From assembly GCA_902772455.1 (NCBI GenBank), contig CACYAW010000001.1, positions 95,001 through 159,000 on the forward strand: 64,000 nucleotides of DNA, in the 5' to 3' direction. The first letter of the stretch is position 1. Each line of letters begins with the position of its first letter. Shown here in pieces: positions 1 through 9,400 of this stretch. Made by a program: the position numbers and the translations under genes. The stretch comes from an uncultured Bacteroidales bacterium (lineage in GTDB: Bacteria; Bacteroidota; Bacteroidia; Bacteroidales; Muribaculaceae). The notes beneath the pieces were generated by a model. It worked only from the letters and a program-made list of their open reading frames with translations, did not search any database and was not told the DNA's origin.

Positions 1-1
1 G

Positions 2-3000
2 CTAACGCCCTAGGATGAAGTCGATTACCTTCGACACGTCAGCGATGTTCACTTCTCCGTCTTTGTTCACATCACTGCGTTCCAGGGTGGCAGGATCGAC
101 TTGTGCACCTAACAGGATATCGACAATGAGTGAAACGTCAGCAATGTTCACTTCGCCGTCGTTATTGGCATCTCCCGGCAAATAGCTGTATTGGTCGGTA
201 ATGTCGGCAACACTGTATTTGTTGGTGGTTGAGGTGATCTCTAGATAGATATCCCTGGTGATGCCTGTCACGTCAACGCTCTGGTGCTGGTTGTCGCCCT
301 GGCTGAGCACGACATTGAAACTGTAGTCTTCGCTGTTGACGTTGAAGGTGCGGTAATAGAATCGCTGACCTTGCACCGTCTTGGTGTTGCTGATGTGTAC
401 GCCTGGCCAGCTGTCATTGAGGTCTCCGGTCGAATCCCACGCATAGATATAGACGCTGCTCCAGTTATTGGGCGCTGTGGTCGGGTCTTTGACATATACC
501 GTCGCTGTATATGGAACGAAGCCGTGGAAAATGTATTCTCGCTGAACCACGTTGCGCACTTTGCCTTCGTGAAGGATGCCCGCAGTCAGCACGGTGTTGT
601 CGGTAAAGGTCAGCCTCACTTGGCCCGTGGCTTGACGGCTGCTGGCGGTGGGCGTGCTGCCGTCGGTGGTATAGACGATGACGGCGTCGCTCTCGCTGGC
701 GGTGATGGTTACGGTAACGCTGCCCTCATACTGGCCGCTGGCCTTGTCAATGGTCAGGGTGGGGGCGGGGTTGGAATAGTTGGTCACCTCATGATGCCAC
801 GTGCCGTCGATGTAGTAACCGTGATTACGGAAGGTCAGGTCGCTGGTCTGCTGCCCGTCGGTGACAAAGATGATGCCGGTGGGGTCGCTGGTCAGCGTCC
901 CTTCATAGGTCCATTTCCAGATCTTGCGGCTTCCGTCGCTGGTGGTTCCCATCAGGGTCATCGTCTGGCCGGGCCATGAGCCGCCGGTAAAGTTGCTGCT
1001 GCTGTTCCACACCCACGTCGTCACGCTGCTCACGCTGGTGCTCGTTTCCAGGAACACGCTCATGTCGTCTTCCTCGCAGCTGGGCTCGTAGGGCTCCAGC
1101 GTGCCGGGCTGGCTGCTGCCGTTGCCTTCGCCGTCGTTGCTCGACAACTCTTCCTCGGTGCCGTCATAGCTCAACACGTTGCCGGCATTGGCACTGCTGG
1201 TGTACAGGTAGGGCCCGTCTTCTCCAATCTTGCCTGGGGCGGGTGTCAGGCTGGTCGAGAGCACATACACGCGCAGGTTGCCCTTGCCGCTGCAGCCTGT
1301 GGTGGTCAAGGTGCCGTCGGTCACCGTCTTGACGTCGCCCGTCACACAGTCGGTGTAGGTGCCGTTGAGCACGCCGGTGAAGGTGGCGGGGCCATTGATG
1401 GTCACGAGGGCGTAGCTGTCGGTGGTGCTGTCGGTATAGCGGCGCTTGAAGGCGTAACCGCCCGTCGAGCTACAGCCGCTGGTGCTGTACTGCCCCTTGC
1501 GCAGGGCGGGAACGGCCTGCCGGATGCGGTTCAGGCGTTGCAGGTGCTTGACCAGGGGCTTGGAGAGTGTGGCGGCAAGATTGCCGCTGGCACCGCTGGC
1601 CACGCCAAAGTCGCTTGTCGTCACGTTGCCCTTGATGTAGCCGCCATAGTAGGCGCGGCCACTGTCCTTGAGTGAGCCGTTGCCGCCGGGATCGATGGTC
1701 TTGCCGGCCTTGAACTCGACCTCGCTGCCGTAGTACAGGCACGGGATGCCGCGGAAGGTGAACATCAGCGACAGGTTCTCGGCCCATTGCGCCGTGCCCT
1801 CGTTGAAGCGGATGTTGTCGTTGGGGCCGGGGCTGTAGTCATGGCTGTCGACATACACCACGTTATAGGTGGCGTCATTATAATATTTGTCGCCGGTGAC
1901 GGCGAGGTTCCACACGCTGGCAATGTTGTGGAACGAGTAGTGAACGGGGAAGTCGATGACGTTCAGTCCCGAGGCCCTGCTCACGTCGGGCGCGTGATAG
2001 GTGTTGCCGTCGAGCACGGCATTGTTCGAGGTGGGCATCGCGCTGCTCGTTTCCTTATTGTTGTCGGCATACATCTGCTGGCAGGAACCGATGTTGTCCA
2101 GCGAGTTCAAGTCGGTGCTCTCATAGATGGCGATGCCGTCCCAGTAGCTGGCGTCGTCGTTCCAGCTGTAATTCTTGTTCTCGGCCCAAGTGTAGAAGTA
2201 TGGCGACAGTGCAGGCTGGTTGCGGTAGGTGACGCTGCCCTGGAAACGGGCGCACACCTCGGTGCACAGGTAAAAGTCTGCCTGGTTCAGGCGCTTGCTC
2301 TTGTATTGCTCGCCCAGGGCCTTGAAGGCCGGGATGTAGATCTTGTTGAATGTCAGGCGGGAAATGTGGCCGCCCGTGTCGATGCGGAAACCGTCAACAC
2401 CCATCTTGATGAACGAGCCGTAGCAGTCGATCAGATAGTCGGCAACGGCGGGGTTCTCGGTGTTCAGGTCAACGCAGTCTCCGGCAATCTGGGCCCACCA
2501 CCGTGTGTTGTCGTCCCAGTTGAATTGGCCGAAGTGGTGCCAGTAGTTGTGCGTGTCGTGGTTCTGGTTGTCGGTGTTTTTCATCTGTTTCAACCGGGCG
2601 TCATACTGTTGTCCCGACGGCAGGTTGGCGTAGTTGGTCGGCAGCTTGCCGCCCACCGAGTCGGTCGTGTAGGGCAGCATGCACTCGTTGATCTTGAACT
2701 GGTTGGCGTTCCAGTCGCGGGTGAACAGTTTGCACAGGTGCTCTTCGCCAAAATTGCCCGTGTGGTTCAGCACCACGTCAAGCAGCACCTTCATGCCGCG
2801 GGCATGGGCCTCGTCGATAAGCGTCTGGAACGTGGTGTCCCCGCTCTCGTAGCGGTGGTCAACGCGGCTGAAGTTGCGGGCATGGTACCCGTGATAGTCA
2901 AGCCCCGAAGCGTTCTCCACAATCGGGGTGACCCACACCGCCGTGAAGCCCAGCGCCTTGATGTAGTCTAATTTCTCAATCAGACCTTTGAAGTCGCCAC

Positions 3001-3217
3001 GCCAGCACGGGTCGCCATGGTTCGCCGAGGCTCCGTCCCAGCATTGCGCGTTATTACTCGGGTCACCGTCATAGAAGCGGGTAGTGATCACAAAGTAGAT
3101 GCTCTCGTCCCGAAAGTCGTCGCGTGGCCCCACAAAAGCCCCCCACGCCTGTTGAGTGATAACGATTGCCATCATCAACGGCAATAAGTACTTGAAAATT
3201 GTTCTTTGGCTCTTCAT
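2..3217 (-). CDS. Secreted multidomain GH13 alpha-amylase with two CBM26-like starch-binding modules, an FN3-associated/CHB_HEX_C-like domain and a C-terminal dockerin-type double EF-hand repeat
   Basis: Signal peptide ending ..QQAWG; GH13 regions DVVLNH, GFRIDTGGH (nucleophile D), LCTEVC (acid/base E), VDSHD; two W..WPG starch-binding-type modules; IVYTTDGSTP; GDANNDGEVNIADVS..SDVNKDGEVNIADVS; TAG stop at 2-4, so the gene is complete. Confidence 0.9.
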   Translation of the reverse strand: MKSQRTIFKYLLPLMMAIVITQQAWGAFVGPRDDFRDESIYFVITTRFYDGDPSNNAQCWDGASANHGDPCWRGDFKGLIEKLDYIKALGFTAVWVTPIVENASGLDYHGYHARNFSRVDHRYESGDTTFQTLIDEAHARGMKVLLDVVLNHTGNFGEEHLCKLFTRDWNANQFKINECMLPYTTDSVGGKLPTNYANLPSGQQYDARLKQMKNTDNQNHDTHNYWHHFGQFNWDDNTRWWAQIAGDCVDLNTENPAVADYLIDCYGSFIKMGVDGFRIDTGGHISRLTFNKIYIPAFKALGEQYKSKRLNQADFYLCTEVCARFQGSVTYRNQPALSPYFYTWAENKNYSWNDDASYWDGIAIYESTDLNSLDNIGSCQQMYADNNKETSSAMPTSNNAVLDGNTYHAPDVSRASGLNVIDFPVHYSFHNIASVWNLAVTGDKYYNDATYNVVYVDSHDYSPGPNDNIRFNEGTAQWAENLSLMFTFRGIPCLYYGSEVEFKAGKTIDPGGNGSLKDSGRAYYGGYIKGNVTTSDFGVASGASGNLAATLSKPLVKHLQRLNRIRQAVPALRKGQYSTSGCSSTGGYAFKRRYTDSTTDSYALVTINGPATFTGVLNGTYTDCVTGDVKTVTDGTLTTTGCSGKGNLRVYVLSTSLTPAPGKIGEDGPYLYTSSANAGNVLSYDGTEEELSSNDGEGNGSSQPGTLEPYEPSCEEDDMSVFLETSTSVSSVTTWVWNSSSNFTGGSWPGQTMTLMGTTSDGSRKIWKWTYEGTLTSDPTGIIFVTDGQQTSDLTFRNHGYYIDGTWHHEVTNYSNPAPTLTIDKASGQYEGSVTVTITASESDAVIVYTTDGSTPTASSRQATGQVRLTFTDNTVLTAGILHEGKVRNVVQREYIFHGFVPYTATVYVKDPTTAPNNWSSVYIYAWDSTGDLNDSWPGVHISNTKTVQGQRFYYRTFNVNSEDYSFNVVLSQGDNQHQSVDVTGITRDIYLEITSTTNKYSVADITDQYSYLPGDANNDGEVNIADVSLIVDILLGAQVDPATLERSDVNKDGEVNIADVSKVIDFILGR

Positions 3218-3246
3218 AATCGTAAGAGGATTAATGATTTTTGCAT

Positions 3247-3254
3247 CAAAGTTA
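3247..3254 (-). promoter_or_regulatory. Bacteroidetes sigma-A -7 box (TAACTTTG) for the amylase gene
   Basis: Matches TAnnTTTG about 30 bp upstream of the ATG at 3217. Confidence 0.65.
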
Positions 3255-3308
3255 CAGATTGTCCTTTAAATATGTCAATTTTTCCGTCTTTTTTCGTGGA
3301 AATTTTGC

Positions 3309-3326
3309 CATGCAAACGTTTGCATG
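3309..3326. promoter_or_regulatory. LacI-family operator-like perfect palindrome CATGCAAACGTTTGCATG
   Basis: 18-bp perfect palindrome with a central CG and AAAC-GTTT core typical of LacI/GalR operators, upstream of the amylase promoter. Confidence 0.65.
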
Positions 3327-3359
3327 TTTATTTTTTGTAGCATCATCGCTGTCACGTTG

Positions 3360-3409
3360 ACGGTGGCGGAGCCACCGCCCACAGGACATGACGTTTCCAG
3401 AAAATGGGG
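3360..3409 (+). repeat. 50-bp direct repeat, copy 1 (contains CGGTGGC-GGA-GCCACCG hairpin; REP-like)
   Basis: 47/50 identical to 9910-9959 by direct comparison. Confidence 0.9.
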
Positions 3410-3491
3410 CCGTGGCGGAGCCCCGGCACAGGGGGCCTGGACCTACTAGACGGGCTGGATTTCCCTGTCCACCCTGTCCAGTCCATCTACC

Positions 3492-3565
3492 CTTGGATAT
3501 CATCAACGCCCCCTGCCTCTTGGGTATCATCAACGCCCCCTGACCCCCTCTAATCTTAGAGGGGG
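3492..3565. repeat. 27-bp-period tandem duplication (CTTGGRTATCATCAACGCCCCCTG x2) followed by the hairpin CCCCCTCTAA-TC-TTAGAGGGGG
   Basis: Copies at 3492-3515 and 3519-3542; inverted repeat at 3544-3565 just downstream of the 3595-4839 gene (REP-like or terminator). Confidence 0.75.
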
Positions 3566-3594
3566 AGTTGCTGGAGTTGCTGGGTGGTCTTGCC

Positions 3595-4839
3595 CTAGTT
3601 GCTGGCGGGGGTGTGAGCGTGTTGTGCGCGGCGGTTAAAATATGTTAACGTATTGATTGGTTTTTCCTTTGGGATGTTTGGTATCTTGTTGTGCTTCTGG
3701 ATATTAGCGATGAGGTCATCGAGCGGATCATAGTCTGGTTTTGCAGGCATGCCATTGCCACACTTATCGTTGTTAATGGTATAACGGCGATTGCCATCCC
3801 GGACAATGATGCCTTGAGCGAGCGCTCCCGCAATCAGGTGACGGTTGCGGTTAAGGCGGTTCATGTCGTCGTGCCGCTTGTTGAGTCTTGTGAGCAATTC
3901 GTCGGGAGTCAGCGCCTCATCGGCGGGTAAGACCGAGGTAAAGATATCTTGCACGGCAGTTACCTCGGCGAACCGAGCCTCGACCGTTGTGTTGTCGGGA
4001 ATCATCACGACTTCCTGCGGGAAATTCTGATCATTGACCGTGAAAGCGAACTCGAACTGGTCATCACCCGTCACCCCCTTGACGCGCCGGACGTGAGCAA
4101 TGGAGCCTCGGTTGGTGATGCGGAAGACGTTGTTGGCGATGGGAAAGAGCACCTTGCCGATAAATCCAGCCGTGGCCTTTGCCCTCCCTATCATATTGTA
4201 TCCCACGCAAAGCAGTGATGTATCGTAGTGGTCGAGGGTCTCCCTGATGGCGAGGTAGAAGTTATTGGCGAGATTCATGCCACACTCGGGAGTGAGATGA
4301 TCCAGGTCGTCAATCACCACCAATGTGGGTTTGAAATCGCGTATGGCTTTGATGATGTGCTGTAGTACTGTTTCGTCGCACTCGTTGAAAGTACCGATGT
4401 CATCGAGGCACATGACACGGAAGTTGTCGGAATTGACGTTAAAGTTGCGCTTGAAGTCATCCACGAAGCCGCAAACGGTGTAGAAGGAGTGGACGGAATC
4501 AATCCAGAGGACTTTTCCCGGCATGACCTTTGGCTGCGTGTCGTTGTCGTCAGATTTGGCGCTGTCGGCCTGTCGTGCTACCTGCAAAGAGTGGGCAAAG
4601 GGATAGCTGCCGTTGAGGACGGCGGCTGTTATCATCTTAGCCATTGCGTGTGCCTTGCAGTGTGATGAGCCCGTCAGGAATGTGATTTCGTGCCGATGGA
4701 TGGCAGTGGATCCACAAATGTTGACGATAGGATGTGGCCTGTAGCTGGCGATGTCATCGTTGTCGATGTTAATGAATAGCGATTCCCACGGGTCGAGGGT
4801 ATCGGGGATGAGGGGTTGACGGTTGTAATGCATGGTCAT
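3595..4839 (-). CDS. RecA/DnaB-like (AAA_25-type) P-loop protein with degenerate Walker A
   Basis: ITFLTGSSHCKAH at the Walker A position, VLWIDSVHS, Walker B-like PTLVVIDDLD, and C-terminal FEFAFTVNDQNFP, as in Bacteroidetes AAA/mobilization-type ATPases. Confidence 0.6.
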   Translation of the reverse strand: MTMHYNRQPLIPDTLDPWESLFINIDNDDIASYRPHPIVNICGSTAIHRHEITFLTGSSHCKAHAMAKMITAAVLNGSYPFAHSLQVARQADSAKSDDNDTQPKVMPGKVLWIDSVHSFYTVCGFVDDFKRNFNVNSDNFRVMCLDDIGTFNECDETVLQHIIKAIRDFKPTLVVIDDLDHLTPECGMNLANNFYLAIRETLDHYDTSLLCVGYNMIGRAKATAGFIGKVLFPIANNVFRITNRGSIAHVRRVKGVTGDDQFEFAFTVNDQNFPQEVVMIPDNTTVEARFAEVTAVQDIFTSVLPADEALTPDELLTRLNKRHDDMNRLNRNRHLIAGALAQGIIVRDGNRRYTINNDKCGNGMPAKPDYDPLDDLIANIQKHNKIPNIPKEKPINTLTYFNRRAQHAHTPASN

Positions 4840-4875
4840 TTGTGTTTAAGGGTGAATAATTTATTGATTGTGGGG

Positions 4876-4911
4876 CAAAAATAGCGACAGCGAGTGCCAA
4901 GAAATGGCACT
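4876..4911 (-). promoter_or_regulatory. Promoter -7 box (TATTTTTG, 4876-4883) plus palindrome AGTGCCA-N5-TGGCACT (4893-4911)
   Basis: TAnnTTTG match about 37 bp upstream of the ATG; 7-bp inverted repeat; same arrangement at 9844-9879. Confidence 0.6.
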
Positions 4912-5088
4912 TGCCCGTTAATGATTTTGAAGCATTGCCTTTAATCGTGACTATCCCTAGAAAATGTTGACAGATTTGAGAGCGATTAACTAAGTTGGTT
5001 TACACTAATTTTATCGTTCGCCTAAACCGGGTTGACAGTTTGGCGGTTTTATCACTGAATGGGGTTTACAGCTCTATGTAGCGGAATC

Positions 5089-5979
5089 TTATTGCCGGTA
5101 TTTGATCTGGAAGTAGTCGAGCAGGGCTTTGAAGTTATCCTGGGCGGTGAGGCAGGTGTCGAGCAGGAAACCTTTAATATGGGGCCATTCACGGAGACCT
5201 CGATAGTAGAACATCTTCAGATCGTCGGTGATGATGAAGGGGACGATTCCAGCCGATAAACATTCTTTGAACATGATCAGCCGGCCTACACGTCCATTAC
5301 CGTCCTGGAATGGGTGGATGGCCTCGAAACGTTGATGGAAGTCGATAATGTCCTCTAGGGTATGTTTCTTGATGGCGTTATATTCTTGCAGCAGCTCTTT
5401 AATCTGTCGGTGAACGTCGGATGGTGCTGCTGTTTCCATGCCTCCCACTTCGTTAGGCAGTCGTTTATAGTCTCCCACAGCAAACCAGGGCTTTCGAGAA
5501 TCAGAGGTGCTGGACTTGAGTATCAGGTGCAGCTGTTTGATAAACGATTCAGTCAATTTCGCTCCCGCCTGTTCAATGATACAGTCGATGCAGCGGAAGT
5601 GGTTAGCCGTCTCAATAATATCATCCACCTTAACAGCGTCGTCAGTAATGCCGATGGTGTTAGTCTCGAAGATATATCTCGTCTGGTCGTGGGTCAGGCG
5701 GCTACCCTCGATGTGGTTGGAGTTATAGGTGAGGTCAATCTGGACACGGTGATAGATACCTCCCTTTATCCTTCCGTCCTTTTGCTCCTGGAGTGTGCTT
5801 AGTAAGGGTGATGTCTTAGAAGTCCTTTTCCGACCGGGCAAGACGGCATCGGCAGGAATATTCCACGACTTACCCACGAGATAGGCACCGTCAATCTTCC
5901 CGCTCACACAGTAGTTACGGGCGGTGCGTTCCGAGACATTGAACTTCTCGGCAAATTGCTTCACTGATATATACTCCAT
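5089..5979 (-). CDS. Fic-family protein (AMP transferase) with N-terminal helix-turn-helix
   Basis: Canonical HPFQDGNGRVGR motif, inhibitory SNHIEG motif, N-terminal YISVKQFAEKFNVSERTARNYC HTH; start moved to ATG 5979 because a -7 box lies at 6015-6022. Confidence 0.92.
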   Translation of the reverse strand: MEYISVKQFAEKFNVSERTARNYCVSGKIDGAYLVGKSWNIPADAVLPGRKRTSKTSPLLSTLQEQKDGRIKGGIYHRVQIDLTYNSNHIEGSRLTHDQTRYIFETNTIGITDDAVKVDDIIETANHFRCIDCIIEQAGAKLTESFIKQLHLILKSSTSDSRKPWFAVGDYKRLPNEVGGMETAAPSDVHRQIKELLQEYNAIKKHTLEDIIDFHQRFEAIHPFQDGNGRVGRLIMFKECLSAGIVPFIITDDLKMFYYRGLREWPHIKGFLLDTCLTAQDNFKALLDYFQIKYRQ

Positions 5980-6014
5980 CGTTCTATCGGCAAGAAAAAT
6001 CCATAAAACAGCTG

Positions 6015-6045
6015 CAAATATACCTATTTTTGCCGACATCGGCAA
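6015..6045 (-). promoter_or_regulatory. Fic promoter -7 box (TATATTTG) and palindrome TTGCCGA-CA-TCGGCAA (6030-6045)
   Basis: TAnnTTTG at 6015-6022; inverted repeat inside the promoter; additional half-site ATCGGCAA at about 5986-5993. Confidence 0.55.
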
Positions 6046-6403
6046 TAAAAACAAGCACATTTCATTGATTAGTGGTCGATGGGCACTGTATTCTCTGACA
6101 TACTTTGAAAATCCTCCGAGAATCTCAGACTTATTCTCAAAATTTCAAAGAATCATCCCATTTCTCTCAAACTTTTCCGGAGACTTTCAATAATCTCACA
6201 ATACGGGGCTTACTGATGGCTTACGTTGCGGCATGACAAATATTTGGTGTCTTCAGCGGTTCCACGCAGGCGATCTGTTCCTTTATAAATGAAGTCGGCG
6301 GCCCAATCTTCTTCATGATGCGGGCTTAAAACGTGTAGAACGAGTTTACAAGATCCTTGAACTGTTCTCTACTCGGTACTTCAGTCATTTATGTTTATTA
6401 TGA

Positions 6404-9400
6404 TTAGAATCCGAAAATTTCATAGTCAACATCTCCACCTGGATAATCGCCATACATACCATCAGTTAATGCATACCAGGTATCTTCTGCATAATCTGAT
6501 TCATCAAAATCTCTATCATCTCCATCATCTTCATGAAAATTGTTATCGTGCAACCTAGAATCACATGAAAGCCAATAAATATTTTTGTATTTCGAGCAAA
6601 AATAATCCGACTGCTCACCTGATACTAATTGTTTGAATGAATCATCGAACAAATCTAGCTTAGGTAAAATAATATCTTTTATGTTGTGAGAAGTGTCATC
6701 AAAACTGATTAATAATCTACCATAAGCTGTTTCTTCAATTAGGTCTTTCGTATCTATTTTTTCGATTGCAATTTCATGAACGTTTTCATCAAATATTGAG
6801 AAAAGCAAAAGGCGAGATTGTTTCTCATCCAATTCTTCTGCAGCGAAAAAGAAACCTTCTTGAGGTAATGTTAAGAATGTATATTTTGCTTGTTTAATAA
6901 CATCTTCAAAATTTCTTATTCCTATTTTGCCATTTTCTGAGAAATAGAACAATGATTCTGAAACGACTATCAAATTCGAATAAAATGGTGTTCGCTTTCC
7001 AGTTTTAATGTCAATAGCAGCTATATTCCTATTTGAATCATTGGAATCTCCTATCAACAGGACATTATTGTTAATGCCACAAAAACCTCTCGCCATTATA
7101 CTGATGGGAAGATTGTAGACATAAATATTCCTATTCTCTTGTTTTTTAACTTCAATATTGCAGATCGCTCCTCTTTTTATTGCGGCTTGCTTCCCATTCT
7201 CATATCTGATAATTGATTTAAGATTTTTGTCGAGAAAAAGCCACAATCCGATTCCTCGGATGAATGTGTAATCAGGAATAGTTATATTATTCCATTCATC
7301 AACGCACTCTGAATAAATACTCCATTTTCCGCCTAAAAAGAATATGTATAATTCATTCGATTCGTTATACTGGAACTCAGAAAAACCTCCAAAAATTAAT
7401 TCTCCAGTAGATGAATATAGATCATATACACCACTATAATCAGATCCATAGTCGCTATCATGATGATACAACATTCTTCCGTCTCTGCCCGCCAGCAATA
7501 GACCATACTGTTCTATATAACAATCATATTTGGGCTCTATGATTACTTTGCCATCCATATTCATAACTCCCCAAATTGCAGATTGAATATTACTAAAGAA
7601 ATCTCCTCCCTTTATTTCATAACCCTTAAAACCATAAAAGATGAAGTTATTTCCAATCTTTAAATGCTCATAAATTGATGGTACTTTCTCTGATCCATCT
7701 TCAGCCAGAATACCTAATCGGCCAGTATGTGCATTCTTAACTATTGTATTATTCCATTCTTGAGGAATTTTTTCTGAATATTTAATGCTTACGATTTCCC
7801 TACCTGACATGTCAATAACACCCCAGTTTTCATTTTTACAAACATCAAAGTAACCATCTTCCCTATAAGTTACTTCATCGTATTGAAATGGAATCGCAAC
7901 ATAACCTCTTACACTTATAAATCCAAATTTATTCTTCTTTGAAGCGAGTATTCTATCATAATTTGAATTGAAGATAGCACATTGCCTATCTAAATAATAG
8001 AATTCGGACATTTGTCCTAATACTTGGCCCTTATTATTTATGATGCTATATTCTTCAACTTTCTCACCATTATATCTTTCTCTTTCTCTTTTGACTCCAA
8101 ATATAAGCTCAGAAGGCTCAAGAATTTCAATTTCTTTGAAATTAACTGGTACATCTACATCATAAAATAATGTAAAATTAGGGTATGTTTCATTAACTAA
8201 TGTTTTAGCTCCCCACAAACCATCTTTCTGTAGAAGTACTACATGATGACCCTCATATCTAATACGATCATATTCGCATTCAATAATAAGATTCGATGTA
8301 TCTGCGCGAAATACGCCCCACTTATTGTTCTCCTTTACAGCGAATGAAATATTGCTTAATTGGCGAATGGTCTCATATCGACTATTTGGAAGTAATCCTT
8401 TTTCTACAGAGAATAATTCTGAGTATTGATTTGTTGTTAAAATAAAATATCGATTAAAATCAAATTTATCTTTTCCTGTTATTTCTATCCCATTGCTTCG
8501 TCCATATCCATAATAGCCTGAGTTGTGGACAATTTTTTTACTATATATTTTGGAGTTATTGTTAGAGGAGTCAAAAACATATTCCTTGCTGTATCTTCCA
8601 TATGATATCGGACTTGAAAAACCACCATAGTTTTTATCTTCTACAACAATGCATTCTATTGATTCGTAAGATGGGTTAATTATTAACCTTCCTTTATCAT
8701 CAAGAATACCTACATTTTTGTCTTTTGAAACTATAATATAATTCTGAATACAATCTACGTCATCATAAATAAAGTTTACTATCCTTGTGTTTGATTGGTT
8801 GATAACCCCCCATTTTTCATTAGATTGAACACCTAACAAATTATTTGAAATGATTTTTGATTTAAGAGAACAAACAAATTCGCCTTTTTCATTATACCAA
8901 GTGACGTCCTTCTTATCTAAATATTCAGGCGTGAGTGCGTGGGAATTCCAGTTGTTGCGATTGTACTCACATCTACATTCTTTATAGCATTCATAAAACG
9001 CATTGCTTTCATGAGATATAAACTTATATTCAAACGGAATAATAATTTTACCGTTGTTGTCAATGACACCAAATCGCCAACTTTCCTCTGTTTTTAGACG
9101 AGCTACGAATCGGTCTTTTCGTACACAATGTATTTCTTCATACTTTGATGGCACAATAATGAGTCCATCAGAATTAATTGCTCCCAAACCATTATCATCC
9201 CTAGTAATTAAATAACCGTATTCACTTTTTACTCCTTTTCCTTGATAGATTATTTTACAATTTGAATTGTACCATTCACTTTCATTGAGTGTATTATATT
9301 CAAAAATTCGTCCTTCAGTATCCATCAACTGAAATGAATACTTTCTTTTTGAATTTGCTTTATTACAACATTTTATATATTTCCCAATTTTGTCAATATA

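Noticed and set aside
1787-2971. 394-aa plus-strand ORF (and 284-979)
   Set aside because: Antisense shadow of the GC3-rich amylase gene; no recognisable motifs
5980-6060. Longer Fic N-terminus given by the ORF track
   Set aside because: Overlaps the -7 box and operator; the HTH begins at Met 5979
6200-6390. Possible frameshifted gene remnant between the WG-repeat and Fic genes (MTEVPSREQFKDLVNSFYTF*)
   Set aside because: Too short and with no recognisable homology; cannot be supported without a search
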